Source: Candidatus Geocrenenecus sp. JGI 0000106-J15 (lineage in GTDB: Archaea > Thermoproteota > Nitrososphaeria_A > Caldarchaeales > Wolframiiraptoraceae). From it: a stretch of DNA of 64,000 bases. Of the stretch, positions 1 to 9,492 are shown one piece after another. The translations under genes and the position numbers were made by a program. Numbering within the stretch: the stretch's first letter is position 1; each line of letters begins with the position of its first letter. Where the stretch lies: the NCBI GenBank assembly GCA_000405685.1, contig ASPF01000012.1:14326-78325 (forward strand). Direction: 5' to 3'. The notes under the pieces were generated by a model. That model worked only from the letters and a program-made list of their open reading frames with translations. It was not told the origin of the DNA and made no database searches.

Positions 1-3000
1 GTTGCAGACCTATACTTCGATTACTGGGGATATGATATGGTCGTCTTCCTCGAGAACGGGACGGTGCTAGGAAACGTTACATACATATATATCGATGATG
101 CGATAGCAACGGTGAAATTCCATGAGGTACTCGGAAATGACTACTACTTATATGCATATAGCGAGTATTATGCGCTCGTAGCGGATATAGATGTAGATGG
201 TAGAGATGACTTCAGCGGATTCGATGACTTCTACGTGGGAGGCTATTATGGTGGGCCTGTAGAGGTGGAGATATTCTGGCAGTTTGCAACACCTAGAATA
301 CTGGTTAGCGGGACAGACTACTACGTAGACCTAGGCGTGGTGGAGTTCGACAACCTATACCGCCCAATACTGGTATCAGGAGGAATAGACTACATAGAGA
401 TCTACACCAACTATGGTGGACTAGAGTTCGATGTAGACAGCGGAGATATAGAGTGGGATGGAGTATCAGGGATGACACCCGACTCTGGAACAGCACCAGG
501 TGTTTGGTGGGCTTACTTCTATACGGGCATAAAGAAGGCATTAATCAAGCCTGCAGCAGGAATGGATGACTATGCAGATTTCGACGAGGATAACGAGGTA
601 CAGTTTGAGTTCGACCCAGAGCTGACGACGATAGAGCTTGAGCTTGACCATGCCACATGGGAAGATGATGTAACAGGCACTCACCGCGACTTCACTGGGA
701 TAGTCAGCCTAACAAGAATCGATTACGGCTACTTCTATGGAATGATCGTGCCATTGTCAGATGACTATCCTGCAAGCGACTTCGCACTACTAAAGACCGG
801 AACGGTATTCGTAACAGCAGATGTCCATGACATACAATTCACCGTAACAGATAATCTAGGGAACCCACTGCCAGCAGGCCAGACAGAGGTACAATTGATA
901 CTGCCGAACGGCGAGGTAGTTGCTAGGAGGCCGGGAGACATACCAGACCAGTTTATAGGAAACCTGGCATGGAGCTATAAACTATTCGGTGAAGGGAATG
1001 TAGTATTCTTCCAGCTACCTGGGTCAACAGGGCCATACGGTATAAGAGTGCTATATACTGGAACAGAAGTATACTACGACAGAGACGTAATAGACGTCCT
1101 AGAGGTAACAGAGTTTGTAACAATAGTCGTCAAGGTCTACAAGGTTAAGGTAGTATTCGAAGACTGCCAGGGACAGCTAATGCCTGGATTATACTACAAG
1201 TTCACGCTACCAAACGGTAGAACAGACTGGGACCGTACAACCAAGGAAGGAGAAGTAGACTTCCCATACATGGCTGGAGGAACATTAACAATACATAGTG
1301 TATGGTGGAAAGGAGTAGAACTACCATTAATGGAGGCCAAGTTCGCAACAGGTGAAAAGATAGAACTAGTAGACGGTAAACTAGTACTAGAGATAGGTGA
1401 AGGAATAGATGCGCCAATAGTAGTCAAGGTACCAATCAAAGATCTCATCTTCTACACAATGGACTTCCAAGGAGAGATCAAGATACCACGTCTAAACGTA
1501 ACACTTACATGGATGGGTACACCTAAGCCGTGGAGCACTGAGAAGATCTACTTCTTAGAAACACTCGACCCGACAGGAGACGCCAATACAGAATTATACA
1601 ACACGAGCATCCAAGTACATCCATTATGGTTCAACTACACAGTAAAAGCATTCTTCCAGAAGATAGCTGACGACTCTCCAATGGATGGGATGACAGAGTG
1701 GGAGGCCAAATACGTATTCTACAAGATGCCTCCAACAATCTACAACATAACAGTAACAACAGTAACAGATGTAGAAACATATGGAGAAGAACCAGTAGAT
1801 GGAGTAGGAGGAACAACACCTGGAACAAGCAAATGGCCTGGAAGAAGAGACGTAGAAACACCATACGAGATAAAGATAGACTGGGCTGGATGGAGTGAAG
1901 ATTATGAGGACACGATACCAACCATAAGAACGGGACCAGCAGACGAAGTAAACGATAGAGTAGTCCTTAGAATCTTCGGATCAATGGATGGTGTACCAGT
2001 AACAACAGAAAACTTCCCAGAATGGCTTGTAGAAGCATGGAACCCAGAACTGATAGGTATTAGGACAGCCTTGGTCTGCAAAGAAGAGATAAAGCTTAAG
2101 ACATGGGCACATGACTTCTGGAAGAGCGTAATAGATGGAGACTACCGTGTAGGAGATGCAAGCTTCAAGATAGAGAACGACAATGGCTTCGAGATGATAT
2201 ACTACGACCTAGTAGAAGAGAAATGGATTGGAAACACATACACAAGCAAGTGGACAGAAGACATCAAAGACATCTCAGCAATAATGAAAGACAGCCACTA
2301 CACAAGCAACATATACTGGAATGGAAGCTACATACTCAAAGACCTATACTTCGAGACAAACATGACATACAGCTACAGCAAAGAAAAGAACGCAAGCTTC
2401 ATAGTAGACAAATTCTACAACGCATCTATGACCTCTGACGCGACACCTGGAGCAGACGGATTCTGGAGCCCCAACAAAGTAGACCCAACACTTAACTTCA
2501 CATTAGTAGGTACAGAGAACCTTTGGAAGACAGACCGTAGATTCAGTGCATGGGTGAAGAGGATCAAGGGAGAAACATGGAAAGACTGGTATGATGCATG
2601 GTTCCTAGTGTACGAGCTACCGAGAGACACAGATGAATACAAAGTAGCAAAGGGACTAGATGGTAAAGGAATACTACCAATACCGATACCAGTAGCATTC
2701 ATAAAGCTTGGAGCATTCGCAAAAGGAGGAGAACCACTAAACAAAGCACTAATAGAACTATGGACACTACACATGGATGTAGAAAACACAGTAAAGATAT
2801 CAGCAGCAGATGAAGGAACTGATACATTCTACTACTACATCCCTGATGAAGTAGTGGCAAGAGTACCAGTAGAAGTATCATGGAGATGGGAGAAGAAGCT
2901 AGTAGAAACAAACGAGCCACAAATCTACGACCTTAAGAGGTGGGATAGAGTATGGCTAACATTCACAACGTACACTCTACGTGAATATGTCTGTGAGATT

Positions 3001-6000
3001 CCAGAAATAACAGCCTATGGAGTAAACCTGACCAACACCCTAAGAGACACAAGACTTGCAGTCGTGCCATGTGAAGAAGGGCAGATAGAAGTATGGCTGC
3101 ACTTCGTTGGACACTCTGGTGACGATGTAACCTATACAGTTGAGCTTAGATGGAATGGAGACCTAATAGCTGCTACCACTGAAGTATTGGACGTAACTCT
3201 TGGAGGCGAAATTTGGGTAGCAGGCATAAAAGTCGAAATATACGATATCCATACATCATCTGATTTTGGAGTATGGGCTGAAGCAGACGTAACAATTTCT
3301 GGAAGCTACACTATAAGAGCGCCGACGACTGAAGTGCTTGAATCAAGAACGATATTTGTCCAAGTACCACCATCACCAGCAAAGCTAATACTGAGAAACG
3401 TCCTAGAAGAGACAGGTATTGATGTAGCTGTCTCCGCAGACTATGTATATCCATTGATAACAGCCTACCCAAGAGACAATAACCCAGTAGTAACGGACCT
3501 ATGGGGTGAAGAAGACGGAGTACTCAGCTATGGTAGATGGTACACAGAAGCAGACGGTTATGTGGATAGTTTCAAAGACCTTGGAGTGGCAGATCCAAGA
3601 TACGGCTCAGTAATACTGCCAATAGCTGGTTGGCTTAATGAGACATTCCATGACGGGATAGCTGCTACAGAAGACGAATTCCATTACCAGCTAAACATTG
3701 TATGGAAGAGCGCGGTAGTCTACAGCGACAACATAGTCCTAGACAAGAAAGGCTACGTAACTGGTCCAAGCGATGTCTACACAGTAACATTCTACCTAGC
3801 ATTAAGCAACAGCACCAAAGCACCGGTCAAAGGGCTGAATGCATGGATATACTACATGAACGTAACAGAATGGCATCTAGCAGACCTATGGTATGCTGAC
3901 GACGTAGTAGCTCCAGGAGTATATCCAGAAGAAATCTATCCACCACAAGACTATGAAGCATGTGAAGACAGCATCATACCATGCGAGCTAAGAGTAACAC
4001 TAGCAAGCGAGCTATGGCCCGACGGCAAGAAGACATTCGAACTAATACCTGGACCGAGATTCATGAACACTACATGGAAGTACGTCTTCTCTGCAAACCA
4101 CACTGCAATAGACTGGATGGACGACCTAGTAGCAACACAATTCGTACTAAACAATGAGACATTCGGAGACAACGGACTAAGAGTCAAGACAACAACAAGA
4201 ATAGATGTACCGATAATGCTTAACGCAGCAAGATGGGTAGTCTTCGAAGTAGCAACATGGAGAGATGAAGCAGGAGTACCAACGGCATACCCAATGAAGG
4301 ACTACATAGTCAAGTATGAGATAAGGAAGCCGAAGTATGAAACAGGACCAGCACTAACAGCAACTTCTGGAACAGCAACAACAGATGCTGAAGGTAAAGT
4401 AGTAATAACAAGTGATCCATCCGACCCCAAGAAAGTATTCTGGGCAGGAATGGTGATAAGATACCGCGTAGAACCGCCAGCATACACATCAGACTACTCA
4501 GATGCATTCTGGGGTAGCTGGCTCAAAACTAAGGAAGTGGACTTCGTAGACAAGAAAGCAGACTATAGAGCACCTGCAATCGCACCGATAATGAGCCACG
4601 CCTACTATCCAGACGAAGAACCAACACACTATGCTATAGCTAAGATAGAGACAACATGGGTACCGAGAGAAGAAGGAGGATGGTGGTGCAGCGGGCTATG
4701 TGTCCACGAGCATAGAAGCAAGCCATTTATAGTATGGGTTGACTACACAGCAGTAACAGTCCGTGTAACAGACTTCAATGGTAGACCACTAGCAGGAGCA
4801 TTCGTACAGCTGTGGGATAAGGCAAGCGGCAAACTAGCAGCATGGCACTACACAGCAGCAACAGAATGGGAGGCACTACCACTAGACGTAGCTGGAATGA
4901 TTGCATGGCATGGACTAGACCCAGCAACCGACTCAGTAAAGATACCATTCCAGACAAAGCCGAGAACATTCGGAGGAGCAGGATTCACAGGAGTAATGAA
5001 CGTAACACTAGGCCCAGTAGCATTCGACACAAACAACGATGATAGAGTAGACTTCAACCTAGCCCACCGTGGAATACCAGGCTACACAGACACAAGCTTC
5101 ATAACATACATAGCAAGAGCATTCTGGCTAGCAACAGATAAGACACCAACAGCTGCTACAGGAACTCTAGTAGCAGTATGGCCATACATGCCTGAGAAAG
5201 CCCAGAAAGTATACGACAGCGAAGAAGACGAAGTAACATGGAAGCTACTACTACCAAGACACGTAGCAGGAGCAGCATATAGACCAGGAATGGCCGCATA
5301 CTACCCACAAGTACTAGACTCAAGCAGATATGCAGTAACGGGAAGCCTAGTCAAGGAGCATAGAGATGTATACGCAGCGGTCTTCGACATAAAGATGAGG
5401 TTCAGCTATGAAGGAAAACCACTGGCAGAAATAGCTAAAGACCTTGTTGTAACATTCGAGAAAGCATATGATGTACTAACATTCACAGGAAAAGACATAG
5501 TAGACATAAAGATGCTACCACGTGGAACATACACAGTAATCGCCAAGTACAAAGGAATCGAAGTAGCTAGAAGAACATTAGACCTAAGCGCAGTCAACGT
5601 CGGTACAGTAACAGCAGACATACCATTAGCGATGAGAGATGTAAGCCTACAAGTAGTAGACATGTTTGGTAGACCACTACCAGACGCCAAGGTAAGCATA
5701 TCACCTGAATCATTCGCAGGATACAGCAATGTTGGAGGAATAATAACTATTAGAGCAATAGTAACAACTCAGACATACGAGTTCACAGTATCATGGGCAT
5801 CAGCAACATACGGCAAAGAAGCATCAGTAATAATCGCAGACACACCAGACGGTCTAGCGGCTAGAAAGACCATAGAGCTACCAGTAGGAGACGTAGTAGT
5901 AAGCGTAGTAGACAGGAAGGGAGAACCAATAGCTGGAGCAACAGTAAAGTTCGGCCCAGTAGAGAAGACGACAGACGCAGATGGTAAAGCATACTTCGAG

Positions 6001-6540
6001 CAAGTACCACTAGAAGCAGCTGGAAGAGGAGTATCGTACGATGTATCAGTAGTACGTGAAGGATTCACAGTCCACAGTAAACCAGAGACAGTAAGCAGAT
6101 CAAAGACAACGATAACAGTGATAGGCGAGCTATTCAGCCTCAAAGTCCGTGTAGTAGGAGCAGCAGGCCAAGGATTACCATTCGCCAAAGTAGTAGTAAA
6201 GAGAGCAGGAGCAGAGATAGGAACATTCACAACAGATGCAGGCGGATTCCTAGAGATATCTAAGCTACCATTAAGCGACTACACAGTAGAAGCTGAATGG
6301 AAAGGCTTCAGAGGAGAAGCAGCAGCAACCCGCGACGACTTGATGGCTGGAAGAGCAGTAGAGATCAGCCTACCACCATACATGGAGATAGCTGGAGTAC
6401 CATTCACATTCGCAGCATTCCTAGGACTAATAATAGGACTAATAATCCTCGTCGTCGTACTAGTAATAATCTTAACAGAATACGCCCGCTGGCGTGGAAG
6501 AAGACTAGGAATCTACCCACCACCTCCACCTAAAAAGTAA
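1..6540 (+). CDS. Giant cell-surface (S-layer-like) protein, 5'-partial. It has beta-rich Thr/Tyr/Trp-rich repeats, several carboxypeptidase-regulatory-like (CarboxypepD_reg) beta-sandwich modules near the C-terminus, a C-terminal TM helix and a PPPPPKK tail.
   Basis: The ORF track gives 37..6540 (2167 aa), but the frame is open back to nt 1 with no upstream stop, so the gene continues beyond the window. Repeated modules include VTVRVTDFNGRPLAGAFVQLWD, VSVVDRKGEPIAGATVKFG and LKVRVVGAAGQGLPFAKVVV. The C-terminal hydrophobic stretch is LIIGLIILVVVLVIIL, followed by a basic/Pro tail. A T-rich tract follows the stop codon. Confidence 0.75.
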   Translation, partial: VADLYFDYWGYDMVVFLENGTVLGNVTYIYIDDAIATVKFHEVLGNDYYLYAYSEYYALVADIDVDGRDDFSGFDDFYVGGYYGGPVEVEIFWQFATPRILVSGTDYYVDLGVVEFDNLYRPILVSGGIDYIEIYTNYGGLEFDVDSGDIEWDGVSGMTPDSGTAPGVWWAYFYTGIKKALIKPAAGMDDYADFDEDNEVQFEFDPELTTIELELDHATWEDDVTGTHRDFTGIVSLTRIDYGYFYGMIVPLSDDYPASDFALLKTGTVFVTADVHDIQFTVTDNLGNPLPAGQTEVQLILPNGEVVARRPGDIPDQFIGNLAWSYKLFGEGNVVFFQLPGSTGPYGIRVLYTGTEVYYDRDVIDVLEVTEFVTIVVKVYKVKVVFEDCQGQLMPGLYYKFTLPNGRTDWDRTTKEGEVDFPYMAGGTLTIHSVWWKGVELPLMEAKFATGEKIELVDGKLVLEIGEGIDAPIVVKVPIKDLIFYTMDFQGEIKIPRLNVTLTWMGTPKPWSTEKIYFLETLDPTGDANTELYNTSIQVHPLWFNYTVKAFFQKIADDSPMDGMTEWEAKYVFYKMPPTIYNITVTTVTDVETYGEEPVDGVGGTTPGTSKWPGRRDVETPYEIKIDWAGWSEDYEDTIPTIRTGPADEVNDRVVLRIFGSMDGVPVTTENFPEWLVEAWNPELIGIRTALVCKEEIKLKTWAHDFWKSVIDGDYRVGDASFKIENDNGFEMIYYDLVEEKWIGNTYTSKWTEDIKDISAIMKDSHYTSNIYWNGSYILKDLYFETNMTYSYSKEKNASFIVDKFYNASMTSDATPGADGFWSPNKVDPTLNFTLVGTENLWKTDRRFSAWVKRIKGETWKDWYDAWFLVYELPRDTDEYKVAKGLDGKGILPIPIPVAFIKLGAFAKGGEPLNKALIELWTLHMDVENTVKISAADEGTDTFYYYIPDEVVARVPVEVSWRWEKKLVETNEPQIYDLKRWDRVWLTFTTYTLREYVCEIPEITAYGVNLTNTLRDTRLAVVPCEEGQIEVWLHFVGHSGDDVTYTVELRWNGDLIAATTEVLDVTLGGEIWVAGIKVEIYDIHTSSDFGVWAEADVTISGSYTIRAPTTEVLESRTIFVQVPPSPAKLILRNVLEETGIDVAVSADYVYPLITAYPRDNNPVVTDLWGEEDGVLSYGRWYTEADGYVDSFKDLGVADPRYGSVILPIAGWLNETFHDGIAATEDEFHYQLNIVWKSAVVYSDNIVLDKKGYVTGPSDVYTVTFYLALSNSTKAPVKGLNAWIYYMNVTEWHLADLWYADDVVAPGVYPEEIYPPQDYEACEDSIIPCELRVTLASELWPDGKKTFELIPGPRFMNTTWKYVFSANHTAIDWMDDLVATQFVLNNETFGDNGLRVKTTTRIDVPIMLNAARWVVFEVATWRDEAGVPTAYPMKDYIVKYEIRKPKYETGPALTATSGTATTDAEGKVVITSDPSDPKKVFWAGMVIRYRVEPPAYTSDYSDAFWGSWLKTKEVDFVDKKADYRAPAIAPIMSHAYYPDEEPTHYAIAKIETTWVPREEGGWWCSGLCVHEHRSKPFIVWVDYTAVTVRVTDFNGRPLAGAFVQLWDKASGKLAAWHYTAATEWEALPLDVAGMIAWHGLDPATDSVKIPFQTKPRTFGGAGFTGVMNVTLGPVAFDTNNDDRVDFNLAHRGIPGYTDTSFITYIARAFWLATDKTPTAATGTLVAVWPYMPEKAQKVYDSEEDEVTWKLLLPRHVAGAAYRPGMAAYYPQVLDSSRYAVTGSLVKEHRDVYAAVFDIKMRFSYEGKPLAEIAKDLVVTFEKAYDVLTFTGKDIVDIKMLPRGTYTVIAKYKGIEVARRTLDLSAVNVGTVTADIPLAMRDVSLQVVDMFGRPLPDAKVSISPESFAGYSNVGGIITIRAIVTTQTYEFTVSWASATYGKEASVIIADTPDGLAARKTIELPVGDVVVSVVDRKGEPIAGATVKFGPVEKTTDADGKAYFEQVPLEAAGRGVSYDVSVVREGFTVHSKPETVSRSKTTITVIGELFSLKVRVVGAAGQGLPFAKVVVKRAGAEIGTFTTDAGGFLEISKLPLSDYTVEAEWKGFRGEAAATRDDLMAGRAVEISLPPYMEIAGVPFTFAAFLGLIIGLIILVVVLVIILTEYARWRGRRLGIYPPPPPKK

Positions 6541-6560
6541 CAACAAAACACCCCCAAACC

Positions 6561-6592
6561 CCCAATTTTTTACTTCTCCCAATTTTTTTATA
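6561..6592 (+). terminator. T-rich tract downstream of the giant ORF; candidate archaeal oligo-T terminator.
   Basis: cccaattttttacttctcccaatttttttatat immediately 3' of the stop codon at 6538-6540. Confidence 0.3.
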
Positions 6593-6786
6593 TATGAAAA
6601 GAAAATTCAGTATAAATTCTCATCTTCAAAATATCTCTCAATAGTGTCTAGATAAGTATCTTTTATCCATTCCACATCTTTAACATAATCATAAAACGTT
6701 TCACACATGCTATCGAAGCTTAAGAATCGATTAAACAAAATGCTTATTCAGACACGATCAGACTTCAAATCCGTTAATGTTATATT

Positions 6787-7333
6787 ATGGGAGAACATTT
6801 AAGCGAACTAACTGATGACTGGCCAGAGGTCGTAAAAATCGCAGAAAAGTTAAGTCTAGGTGAGAAGCTGGATAGAAAAGATGAAACGTGGATAAATGAG
6901 CTAACAGAAACAACTGGATGGGACAGAGATGATATTATCGACGAGTTTAAAAACATAAATGTAGATCCTTCTAAAAGAGCTGAAAAGTATAAACAACTTC
7001 ACGAAGAATATTTTAGAGAAGCTAAGAAGTTCAAAGAAGAAGGTGACAATAAACAGGCAGGAGAAAAGCTGTGGGGAGCCGTAACAGCATTAATAAAGCT
7101 CTATACAGCAATCAAAGGCATCCCCATACTACATTGGAGCAGAGGAAGGCTGGAGAAATTTATAACAAATAATGTTGAGGAGAACTATAAACCGTTATTT
7201 AGAGACCTACTCGATAAAAACACAGGTTTTCCATGAATACTTCTATGAAGCACATCTAGACGATAAAGCATTTGAAGAAAGATGGGAGGAAGCAGTAAAA
7301 CTTCTCGAGAAAGCAAAAGAACACGTCAAGTAG
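6787..7333 (+). pseudogene. PaREP1-family (HEPN-like) protein with an apparent frameshift at an A5 run (~7216-7220). ORF 6787..7236 continues in the +1 frame to 7333.
   Basis: The N-terminal part reads ...GEKLWGAVTALIKLY...HWSRGRLEKFI.... The shifted frame reads FHEYFYEAHLDDKAFEERWEEAVKLLEKAKEHVK, which matches the conserved C-terminal HxxFYE core of PaREP1 proteins. Removing one A at 7216-7220 restores a single ~181-aa reading frame. Confidence 0.5.
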
Positions 7334-7373
7334 TATTTATATTCAGCTTGAAAATACGTATCTAATAGCTAAC

Positions 7374-7616
7374 TTGGCAGCAAATACTCCAAGAAAAATT
7401 AGAGAAGAGATAAGAACATCAAAAATAGATCTATCTGAAATAATTAGAGAAGCTTTAGAAAGCAAGGTCAAGAAGAAAATAGAAAAACTATTAAGAGAAC
7501 TAGAAAATATGAAGAATCTTCAAACACAGCCAGACGAAACAGTTAAACTGATTAGAGAGAGAGCCGAGATGAAAGGTAGACTACTTGATTCATCAGCTTT
7601 AATCAACTGTGTCTGA
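7374..7616 (+). CDS. Putative VapB-like antitoxin ORF (80 aa). Its last 15 codons are in frame with, and identical to, the start of the downstream PIN toxin.
   Basis: Small charged helical protein immediately upstream of, and overlapping, the PIN-domain gene. Same reading frame as the toxin. Confidence 0.35.
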   Translation: MAANTPRKIREEIRTSKIDLSEIIREALESKVKKKIEKLLRELENMKNLQTQPDETVKLIRERAEMKGRLLDSSALINCV

Positions 7617-7952
7617 CTAGGAAGGGCTGCAAAGATACTCGGCGAGTATACAATAGAACTAGTAAAATTTGAAGTAGGAAACTACGTCTGGAAAAGACGT
7701 AGCAGCCTAAGTTATAAAGAAAGCAAGAATCTGCTTGAGAAACTTTTAGAACTAATAAACTTAATGAATATTCTTCATGTTGACTTTCTAGAAGCACTAT
7801 CTATAGCAGTAGAAGAAAACATAACATTCCATGATTCATACTACATTCAAGCAGCAATCCAGAATAATCTAGAATTAGTAACTGACGATCCTAAACTTTA
7901 TAACGTAGCCCGAAAATATGTCGAGGTCTTAAGAAGCCAAGACATCAAATAA
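7569..7952 (+). pseudogene. vapC: vapC (PIN-domain toxin) interrupted by an in-frame TGA at 7614-7616.
   Basis: ATG at 7569 gives MKGRLLDSSALINCV, the conserved PIN N-terminus with the first catalytic Asp. TGA follows at 7614-7616. The same frame then continues without any stop: LGRAAKILGEYTIELVKF...MNILHVDF...HDSYYIQAAI...LVTDDPKLY (ORF 7764..7952). All four PIN acidic positions are present. Total length would be 127 aa. Confidence 0.6.
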
Positions 7953-8026
7953 AAATACTAAAAACAACTTCTAAGACCTCAGGTTGCTAGAAACTTAAGA
8001 AGCTATAGCTAGATATAGCTAAGAAT

Positions 8027-8371
8027 CTACAACCTTATCCTTACCCCTTTCTCTAAAGCTTCCGTTACGATAGTCTTTCTACCATAAAACTTCTTCAACT
8101 CCTCTTCTGTATATGGAAACATCTCAAGACTGAAAGACCCATCCCACAGCATACTTAAAATAATCATATTCTCGATAAAGCTATGCTTCTTAAACTCTTC
8201 TGAGACAACTATCATATCCAAGTCACTATCTATCAATGGTGTACCAGAAACTCTTGAACCAAAAAGATAAACTTCAGAAACATTTAGAACCTTCTTCAAC
8301 CTTCTTAGAAAAGATGCTAACGCTCTCTTCTGCTTCTTCGACAGCTTTACATTATCCAATTCTCTAATCAA
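8027..8371 (-). CDS. Minimal nucleotidyltransferase (MNT), partner of the upstream HEPN gene.
   Basis: LFGSRVSGTPLIDSDLDMIVV carries the GS...DxD motif. Overlaps the HEPN gene by 4 nt. Confidence 0.75.
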   Translation of the reverse strand: MIRELDNVKLSKKQKRALASFLRRLKKVLNVSEVYLFGSRVSGTPLIDSDLDMIVVSEEFKKHSFIENMIILSMLWDGSFSLEMFPYTEEELKKFYGRKTIVTEALEKGVRIRL

Positions 8372-8778
8372 GGCAGACCACCAACTTTCCTAGCCCAGTC
8401 AACAACTTTACAAGCTGCCCCAATACATCTCTCAACAATCTCTCTACTATATGCTTCACTAGGAACAGTATTTGCAGCATTAGGATACCTGGCTATAGTA
8501 TAATGTGGGTTAAGTATCTTCAGCTCATCCAATATTTCATCAGCCTCAACAACCCTCCCAAGCTTTAATAAATCATGACCCCTCGGAGGTAAACGATGTT
8601 TCCTCACTATGTATAATGCTTTCAATGCTTTCTCAGCAGCTTGATGGCATAAGAAAGCTGCAATACTATACTCTTCAATCTCGAGATTCTTCTTCGCCTG
8701 CCTCAAATTATGTAGAGACTCCCTCCACCAGTAGAGGGCTTCTTCTCTTATCTCTCCACCTTCCATCCCTAGAACCAC
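8368..8778 (-). CDS. HEPN-domain protein (toxin component of a HEPN/MNT module).
   Basis: HEPN Rx4-6H-type motif HYTIARYPNAA. Size 136 aa. Operonic with the MNT gene. Confidence 0.7.
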   Translation of the reverse strand: MVLGMEGGEIREEALYWWRESLHNLRQAKKNLEIEEYSIAAFLCHQAAEKALKALYIVRKHRLPPRGHDLLKLGRVVEADEILDELKILNPHYTIARYPNAANTVPSEAYSREIVERCIGAACKVVDWARKVGGLP

Positions 8779-9190
8779 TCTACATAATTATACTTAAGAC
8801 TTTACCAGTTTTCAACCAACCGAGTCTAAAAATCCTATAGAGAATCTCCTTGATGCTTCAGACTAAGATCTGCCAAGACTTCATAGAGAAGGATCTCAAG
8901 CCGATGGAGAAAATTTACCAGATCTGGCCTTAGTTCTTATAATTCCTCCCCTCTATATCTATAAACTAGAATATAGCGCATAAACATGAATTCTCAGATT
9001 AATCAAGCTGAATCTATTGACATTACACTTGGCTTTACCAACATATTCCATACAATCTCTATACTTGGATATTCTCCTAAGATTTTAATCACGCAACAAT
9101 AGACTTCCACTGACATACACCAACTCCACAAAACCCATAAAAAATTAAAAACAGTTTAGAGATGACTAGAATAGTTGATATTAGAGATTC

Positions 9191-9300
9191 GCGGCGGGAG
9201 GGATTTGAACCCTCGAGGCCTGTAAAAGGCCACGGGCTTACTTATCTATCTCCATTAGATCTCAAGGCCCGCCCCTTAGTCCTGGCTTGGGTACCGCCGC
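9191..9300 (-). tRNA. Intron-containing class II tRNA, most likely tRNA-Ser(UGA). 110 nt including a ~22-nt intron in the anticodon loop.
   Basis: Minus-strand read: GCGGCGG TA CCCA(D-arm with GG)...anticodon stem CGGGC / loop CUUGAG + intron / GCCCG. Variable arm is a 5-bp stem GGCCU/AGGCC. T-arm is GAGGG-TTCAAAT-CCCTC. Acceptor 3' strand is CCGCCGC and the discriminator is G. The long variable arm plus G73 favour Ser. The alternative reading with anticodon GAG (Leu) requires a G:U-containing anticodon stem and an A73 that is not present. Confidence 0.6.
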
Positions 9301-9492
9301 TCTCCTATTCAACGATCTTGTAGCAGTCTTATTTATGCAATGTTCTGTAATATTTATTATTCTCTTTACAATCTAGGAAAAGGGTATCCTGCAATTTATA
9401 CATCTCCCACAAATGAAACATTCAATCAGACTTTCCTATTGAAAGTTTAGCACTAAGGTTTAGGGATCCCTAGGCGTCCACTGATCTAACTC

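Noticed and set aside
305-6230. Numerous 60-150-aa ORFs antisense to or nested within the giant ORF (for example 5769..6230 minus, 1631..1921 minus), and 14276..14620 plus antisense to the retropepsin paralog.
   Set aside because: They are low-complexity translations of the opposite strand of a strongly coding region, with no motifs.
9191-9300. Alternative reading of the tRNA as tRNA-Leu(GAG).
   Set aside because: It requires an anticodon stem with a G:U pair and a shifted D-arm. The discriminator is G (Ser-like), not A, and the variable arm forms a clean 5-bp stem typical of Ser.
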